Part shown: positions 56,246 through 64,000 of the stretch, piece by piece
Layout: every line of letters begins with the position of its first letter
Position numbering within the stretch: position 1 is the first letter of the stretch
From: Octopus sinensis
Lineage: Eukaryota
Direction: 5' to 3'
Assembly (NCBI RefSeq): GCF_006345805.1
Contig: NC_042999.1
Coordinates: forward strand, 58,094,001-58,158,000
DNA length: 64,000 nucleotides
Made by a program: the position numbers and the translations under genes
The notes under the pieces: model-generated
Seen by the model: only the letters and a program-made list of their open reading frames with translations
Databases searched by the model: none
Told to the model about the DNA's origin: nothing

Positions 56246-57957
56246 GGTGCGAGTTTGGGAGCGGGGAGCGAGTGAGAAAGCCGGTTCAGTGATCTGTAGA
56301 TCAGGGGGGGGGCGTGTGGTGTCAGTGGAGAGGACGACAGATAGGGGAGGGTGGAAGTAGGGCTTGCAGAGCGCATGTGCGGCAGGAAGCGGAAGCTGTG
56401 AGGGATGACGCTCATGTGGCATCAACGAAGCAGCAGTTGGAGCTGAGACAAGGAAGCGACGAGACGCATTGACTTTGTTGAGAGAGATCTGATCTTCACT
56501 GAGTTTGGTAGACTAATCTTCGCCGAGGTAAGACCTAATTATATTTCCTTTCTCCTTTTCTGTTGTCCTCTTCATCATTCACACCACACATATCAGAGCT
56601 AGAAGAGAAATTCCAGGTGCGGAAGCAAAACCTGGATTCTAAGGTTAACTCAGTAAAGACTAAGGTCCTAGTAAGCAAGAAAACAGATAGGACCCTACCT
56701 ACTTCAGGTAGGTGACCCTGTTTGATTTGCATGGTGTACCCAGTCTAAGCTATTGACACACAAGAGGTGCAATGGATTAATAGTGAGGTTATCAGAGAAG
56801 GTAGTGTTTGTATGTGGAAGATGTACAGGATCCATAAAAACTATTGAGACTCAGGAAATTGATTCTTTGAAATGCTCTGTTAGGAGGAGAGGATGCACAG
56901 AGAGTATGATAATTTGAATAAGAGTAGGATGGAGGAAATTCAGAGAGCTGTTACCACTGTTGACTATGAAAGGTTTCTCTCTCCAGGTGATAGAAAGATT
57001 GTATGATACAGGTACATGGATAGTAATTCTACATGGTAGTGAGACATGGGCCCTGAATGCAGAGGACATGTGATGGTTAGAGAGGAATTAGGCTAGTATG
57101 CTGTACTGGATGTATCATGTAAGCGTACATGTTCAGCAGAATGCTAGTGTATTGAGAGAGAAATTAAACATAAGAGGATTAGTCATGTGATGTGGAGGGA
57201 TGCTGACAGTTCTATAAAGAAGTGCTGATCTCTCAAAATGGGAGACCCCAGGAAGACATGGGACAAAGTACTGTAGAACGACCCCAGGACATTGAACCTT
57301 TCAGGCAATATGACAAAGGATCGAGATGCCTAGCACCTGGCTTCACTCAAGAAGGCCCATACTCTGCAGCAAAATTGTTAAGACCAGTCTCCCTAGTGGT
57401 GAAGATTGACCTGCAAGGGTCCTGAACTGGTGCCACGTAAAAAGCACTTGTAGTGGTGCCTTGTAAGATCGCCTGTGCAGGACCACATAAAAGTACCTGT
57501 GTGGTGCCATGTAAAAGCACCCAGCGCACTTTGTAAAGTGGTTGGCATTATGTAGGGCAGCTTGCTGTAGAAACCATCCCAGACAGGAGCCTGGTGCAGC
57601 TCTTCAATTTGGTAGCTTTGGTCGAACTGTCCATGGACGAATGTCAAATGAGGATGATGATGTACATCATCCTCATTTAACATGTACATCATCATCATCA
57701 TCATCGTTTAACGTCCGCTTTCCATGCTAGCATGGGTTGGATGATTTTGACTGAGCGCTGGCGAACCAGATGGTTGCACCAGGCTCCGATCTTGATTTGG
57801 CAGAGTTTCTACAGCTGGATGCCCTTCCTAACGCCAACCACTCCGAGAATGTAGTGGATGCTTTTTATGTGCAATCGGCACGGGGGCCACTCAGGCAGTA
57901 CTGGCAATGACCTCGCTCGAATCTTTTTACACATGCCACCAGCGCAGGTGCCAGTAA

Positions 57958-58123
57958 GATCTGAACATTGACAATCTATTTGAAATTAAGGACTATTGAT
58001 CTTGCAAGAAGTGCAAGTGGGATGATTTATTTATTGTGTCCAAGGATAATCTTAGAGGTGCTATGACTAATATGGCTGAGAATAACTACCTCAGTGGAGT
58101 GTTCTGTATATTCAATACATGTT
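57958..58123 (+). repeat. ~166-bp local direct duplication; partner at 59368-59545
   Basis: Identical by eye except for a 12-bp tandem duplication (TCTGTATATTCA) in the second copy. Confidence 0.9.
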
Positions 58124-60918
58124 GGTATGCAAAAATACAGCATTCAAGACTGACACCAATATGTAAAAACCAAATACCGAGAGAAAAAAAAGACGGTGAA
58201 AAAAAACAAAGAACTATCTGAGATAACTCATTGAGAAGATTGCAGATGTCTACTGAAAAGACCTTAACTAATTATTTAATAATGATCCTGAACAGGTGTC
58301 TGTCATTTTATTGGCTGCAAGTGTAAGGTGACAAAGTATAAAGATTAAAACATCTTAAAACAATATGCAATGTATTATAACAAATTTTAATGTCACAAAG
58401 GATAGAGGTCGCATAAATTCAGAAAGATAAGTCTTCCATCAAATCCTGCCTTGTACCCATTCATAACGTCTTGTAAGGCATGTTAAAGGGGAAAATATAA
58501 AAAGCGAAATTCGGTACATGGAAAGCGAAATCAGTATGTCAGCTGTTCGGAGTTAATCTTTACTAACGTTCATTAAATTCATTCAACTCAAAAAATAGAA
58601 TGGAATTAAATAAATAAATCGAATTGAACTAAAAACATTGAAATAAAGATGGTGTGAGCTAAGAGAGATTTGGTTGCTATTTCTTACAGATCTTATAACT
58701 ACGTAGATGCTCCAGTGGTAGGTCCATTCAAAACTACTTAGTTAACACCCCTTTAAGGAGCTTCTGCCTTGTGCTTTTGATTTGAAGAGTTTGCTGACAG
58801 TATAATTCTTAATTAGATTTAAAATATGTTGCGAAAAAAAATTGTTGAATTGAACTTATTTGTTTAGTAGACTGATCTGAAATCGTGTGTTCGGACATAA
58901 AAAATTGCATCACAAAAGCCTAAAAATACACACAAACACTTTATTCATTTCTGCTATTGAAAATTGGCAGTATATTTGCTGAATCATTAAACTTTCAGGG
59001 GGAAAAAAGGTAAACAAAGAAGTAAAAATTCTTTAACATTTCTTTCGACTAACGCGGCGAGCTGGCAAAAACGTTAGCACGCCTGGCGAAATGCCTAGTG
59101 ATATTTCGCCTGCCTTTACGTTCTGAGTTCAAATTCCGCCGAGGTCGACTTTGCCTTTCATCCTAGCGGGATCGATAAATTAAATACCAGTTGCGTACTG
59201 GAGTCGATCTAATCGACTGGCCCTCTCCACCCCAATTTTCGGGCCTTGTGTATAGAGTAGAAAAGAACATTTCTTCCGACTTCTTACGTTTTTGGGCCCA
59301 AATCCCGCTGCGGTCAGTTTTGCCATTCATACTTTTAGAGTAGAAAAATATAGTCAAGTACAGCTATGATCTGAACATTGACAATCTATTTGAAATTAAG
59401 GACTATTGATCTTGCAAGAAGTGCAAGTGGGATGATTTATTTATTGTGTCCAAGGATAATCTTAGAGGTGCTATGACTAATATGGCTGAGAATAACTACC
59501 TCAGTGGAGTGTTCTGTATATTCATCTGTATATTCAATACATGTTCGCTAGCGTCTCACATATGAAATATAATGAGCTGAAGAACGTTGATCAATTAAAA
59601 TTATCCGTGGAACTGATAGACAAGAAACTCCTTTGGATGTTTTAAAAAAATAGAAATCTAAGAACATCCAGCAAGATATATATCAATTGATTGAATTTTA
59701 TTTGAAAATGTAGAAACTGTAGCATATGACTTGGTTGGGTCTTTGAAGCTTGCTGGAGAAAGTAATAAACATGTTTCAGTTTCATTAAACCTTTTCAGCA
59801 AATGATATCAGTTGGTGAGGAATGACACGGCGTTGATTATGAATAACAGAAAAACCTGACTGAGTAATGTTCTGCATACTAAATACAAATACGTTTACAT
59901 ATGTATTGTAGAGTTCAAATCCACATCCATACTGAATCTTCAAACTCCTTTGCTCGGTGTTGTGGGTTTCAGATACTCTTAGAGGGAGGTTTTGTCAACT
60001 TATTCTTTTCTACTCTAGGCACAAGGCCCGAAATTTTGGGGGAGGGGGCCAGTCGATTAGATCGACCTCAGTACGCAACTGGTACTTAATTTATCGACCC
60101 CGAAAGGATGAAAGGCAAAATTGACCTCCACGGAATTTGAACTCAGAACGTAGCGGCAGACGAAATACCTATTTCTTTACTACCCACAAGGGGTTAAACA
60201 CAGAGGGGACAAATAAGGACAGACAAACGGATTAAGTCGATTAGATCAACTCCAGTGAGTAACTGGTACTTAATTTATCGACCCCGAAAGGATGAAAGGC
60301 AAAGTCGACCTCGGCGGAATTTGAACTCGGAACGTAACGGCAGACGAAATACTGCTAAGCATTTCGTCCGGCGTGCTAACGTTTCTGCCAGCTCGCTGCC
60401 TTGTTTTTGTCAACTTATCGGCATGAATGATTTCAGTTATTTATTCTTTTTACATAACAATTATATGGAGTCTCTGTCGTGTTATTAAAAATGTTGTTCA
60501 TATAATTTACCAGTTTTGCTTAAAATGTTTTAAAATGCTCAAAATGTTCCCTTTATAAATAATAATGGGAACCAGAAAATGTTTGAAATATATTTCTAAT
60601 TATTTATAACTTCAGCTTTTTAAGGTTAGAGAATAAATAGATTATATTTTTGTAATCTTTCTTTTATATTTAATCTACAGGTAAAAAGTACTTAGTAATT
60701 TCGCAAGCATTTGTTTCCAACGAAAATATCGTTTTGAGTCAGTTTACTTAAAAAGATAATATCTTTAACATAAGCAGGTATTACTAGTTTTGTTTCCTTA
60801 TTTCGAAGTTCATATTTGTAATATAAAATATCTCTCGAAAGCAATTTAACTTTCTATAAGTTACGGATTCCGCTCCTGTGTTACGTTTCGTGTTTTAGCA
60901 AAACCCTTTTTTCACATC

Positions 60919-60952
60919 ATGGCCGAGCAGTTAAATCTATCAAATTTCGAAG
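60919..60952 (+). CDS. Candidate first coding exon of a plus-strand gene (MAEQLNLSNFE-)
   Basis: ATCATGG start context, donor AAG|gtaaat, CpG-enriched unique flank; no downstream exon confirmed in the window. Confidence 0.45.
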
Positions 60953-61232
60953 GTAAATAATACTATTATACTGTTCATAGTTTTCATTTATTTTCCCTTT
61001 CAACTATGACGAATTATTTTTTTGAAATATTTGAATACAGACGTTCTAGTTTCTCTTCTCCAATAGGGGCAGATATACATAGAAGGCTGTTCCAGATGTA
61101 ACACCGGGATTATTAAACATTTCGCTTAAATCGTTTCTTTTTCTTCTGTTTATTCCTATCTTGTACCCAATCCATTCTATTGATAATTAATTACACGATA
61201 TATCTATTTTATCGCTTTTTATAATATCTGTC

Positions 61233-61455
61233 GGTACTACTTAAGAAGAGTGGTCCCGGTGCGCGCACTCGCTTATCCGCGCTAGCTTGTCATGACTAGT
61301 CGATCCTTTGTGTTTCTGTGTCCTATCTACTTTGTTTTAAAAAAATTATTTATTTTGTGTTTTCTTTACCTTGCTAGGTAGTCGTTGTAGGATCGATTAG
61401 TCACGACTAGCTAGCGCGTATGCGCGCACCGGGACCACTGTTCACTAGTAGTACC
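61233..61455. mobile_element. Merlin-like MITE
   Basis: GGTACTACT...AGTAGTACC with ~70-bp GC-rich imperfect inverted arms; flanking duplication TATCTGTC (ATATCTGTC / CTATCTGTC). Confidence 0.75.
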
Positions 61456-64000
61456 CTATCTGTCTTTATGTATGTGTCTTATACAGACCCACTCAATAAA
61501 TATAGATAGAGAAACACGTTTCTTGAAAATACCGTCCACCCTTTCATTCAAGTAATTTTCTTATGTTATAAAGCAATCGAAAAATCCCACTTTTTTTTTT
61601 TTACACTTTCAGTTGCTGATTAACTTTATATCACAACATTTAACACAACTGGGTTTATTTATGGTGTTGAAAACATTGGAAATAATTACACCCACTTTTT
61701 TAAAAAAATAGGTTTACACCCATTCTATATTTTAAAACTTGTATTGGTAAAATAAATGAAGAGAAAATAAAGTGCAAAATTAAAGAAATTCAAAGCTCAC
61801 TGTTATTTCTTAAGAGTTGGTCTTTCCAATATATAATATTCTTCTAAATCGGTATTCGAGCAGTTATAAATTTACTTCACTTAAATTTTCAACAAGATTG
61901 TAACTTACTTGATCAGGTTAGTAGATAAGTACATCATAAAGATATAAATGCTGTTTCTGTTTACTACTTTTACTGATTAAATGTTTACACACGCCCATAC
62001 ACTAAAATTTTATCTCTATCTGGTTAAGCAAAACGTTCTTCCAACCAAATCTATTATTTTTTCAGATAGTTATTTGCTAAGCATTTTCTCATCGTAGTTT
62101 CAACTATATTTCCCTCGTTCTTTTCTACAGGTTTATTTTATTCTATTACATTTCTGTGCAAACTATTTTATGTTTATATAAGTGTAATAGACATTTCTAT
62201 ATTTTGACCGCTAATTGCCTAGGTTTATTTATATTTTTAATTTTGTAATTTAATCAGCAAGTCAGTTAAATACCACCGGTTTTGAAATATGAACTCCTAG
62301 AGCCTTAACAGGAGCTTGCCATCAATATGATGTTCTAATGATTTGTGGCTTTGACTGAGATGTTTTCTTCTGTTGGGAACCACGTGAAAAACGATAATAC
62401 GTGCATCGTACTCTAGTTATCATCTACTAGGTTTACTGATTGATAGATTATTTACACTCTCCTACTAATGTCTTCATTACTTTCTATCACTACGGAATCA
62501 ATAAAGATAATATCATTAAAATAATCGTGTCAGTTCAGTTATCTGGGCTCTATGACTTTTAAACTGTTGGGGCCTTAAGCAGTTCGACCTATTACAAGCA
62601 TACAATACATATTAGTCTTCAGTTTAGTTATAAGTTCCATTCCCCCCACCCACCAGTTGCAGACCTTCTAAAAAAGGTCGTAGGTACTGACCTTTCTCCT
62701 CTGACAAGCCATTAAAAACCTAATACCTATCAACAATAAGATTAATATTTAACGATTGCAAAAGCCTTTCCTATTAAAGCCGTGCATTTTAATCCCTCAA
62801 ATTAGGAAGAAAAAAAATTATCTGCGTTCGAAGTTTGGTAAAATATTGAACTGTAATCATTTGTTTGTTGTCCAGGTTTTTATTTATTCATTGCTTAATG
62901 GTACAAATACAAATTTGTATAAAAAAAAAGTGAAGGTAATAGTTAAATTCAAAACATCATACCACAAATGAAATTTTGTTGTCTGTTGACATTGAAAATA
63001 GAGAATGGACTTTGCTGTCATTAATATCTAAACTTGTAAATCAACAGGACTGTTAACGCTTTATTTGAAATAAGATTAACTGCAGGTACTGTCAGCAAGC
63101 CACTACATTCAATTAATATGTTTAGCATGTAGATGGATTTCACTGGAAATGTAACAGATGCATGCATCTGGACACAAGGATGATTTCTGATTTTTCAGGT
63201 CTTGGAATAAGGGCAATTGGCTCACCTCCTTTTGTTCTAGAGATACATTCCATAATATATAGCACTTCCCAAGTTGCAATTGGGTGACAAAACTGTTATT
63301 AACTGGTGCAATTTGCATAGAGACGTTCCTTGGTGATTGGGTAAATAATTTCAATAGACTGATGGAGTTTATACTAATGGTATGGATACTATCGCTGAAC
63401 TTAAAAGTTTTATCCATTTTAAGTTGTAAACACCAGGTCAATATGGCAAGTCTGCTTTGGTAGGTATTAAGTTTGGGTGGGTAATAATATTCATATACAG
63501 TCCATCAAATTACTCTGATACTTGTGACGGTGGCACGTGAAAAAATATTTGAGTGAGGTCGTTGCCAGTGCTGCTGGACTGGCTCCTGTGCAGGTGGCAC
63601 GTAAAAACACACTATTTGAGCGTGGCCGTTGCCAGTATCGCCTGACTGGCCCTTGTGCCGGTGGCACGTAAAAGCACCCACTACACTCTCGGAGTGGTTG
63701 GCATTAGGAAGGGCATCCAGCTGTAGAATCTCTGCCAGATCAGATTGGAGTCTGGTGCAGCCATCTGGTTCACCAGTCCTCAGTCAAATCGTCCAAATCA
63801 TGCTAGCATGGAACGCGGACGTTAAACGATGATGATGAGGAATAAAAATAAATTGAGAAACTGAAGTGGAATAAATTATTTTCCCATCATATATGAGAGA
63901 ATTTGTATTGAGAAAATGAATGCAAAAGCAAACAAGTGTTCTCTGCATTCTGCAACATGGTTTTCTTTTATCATAAATGTTTTATCTTATCATAAGTTTA

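Larger units (their letters stand above)
52335..56588 (+). mobile_element. Full-length decayed Ty3/Gypsy-like LTR retrotransposon (4254 bp)
   Basis: LTRs 52335-52589 and 56315-56588 with TGTGGTGT...ACACCACA ends; 5-bp target duplication CATAT; polypurine tract 56303-56312; domain order gag, PR, RT, RNase H, IN. Confidence 0.95.
51015..57360 (+). mobile_element. Decayed, rearranged RTE LINE interrupted by the LTR element
   Basis: YRGIKLL, DLEKAF, VGVHQG..LSPLLF before 52330; the RT continues at 56594 and reaches LHGSETWAL near 57030. Confidence 0.8.

Noticed and set aside
58500-58532. IRF/ISRE-like GAAANNGAAA motifs (also near 28268)
   Set aside because: A few such A-rich motifs are expected by chance in 64 kb of AT-rich DNA
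63109-63441. 110-aa minus-strand ORF
   Set aside because: No recognisable motif or clear splice sites; possibly a decayed transposase, which I cannot support

Overview
Eukaryotic, AT-rich, repeat-dominated DNA. The SINE and LINE families and the long (TA)n/(CATA)n tracts look like an Octopus genome (inferred, not verified). One minus-strand host gene can be rebuilt from four frame-compatible exons (27845-27851, 22001-22057, 2224-2272, 708-855). It runs off the left edge and I do not recognise the protein. There are also two candidate first coding exons (minus strand at 45138-45150, plus strand at 60919-60952). The rest is mobile DNA: three tRNA-derived SINE families, RTE, CR1/L2-group and R4/Dong LINEs, mariner, hAT, piggyBac, Tc2- and Merlin-like MITEs, non-autonomous Helitrons, Penelope-like remnants and a full-length but decayed Gypsy-like LTR element. 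Highlights: (1) the LTR element has no TGG primer-binding site; the 12 nt right after its 5' LTR are the exact complement of the 5' end of metazoan tRNA-Phe; (2) an intact-looking type I hammerhead ribozyme with a long stem II lies beside a perfect 99-bp hairpin; (3) a 3.2-kb palindrome is built from Helitrons around a fold-back minisatellite; (4) a CR1/L2-group LINE shares a compensatorily conserved 3' stem-loop with a SINE family. All calls were made by eye; no searches were run.
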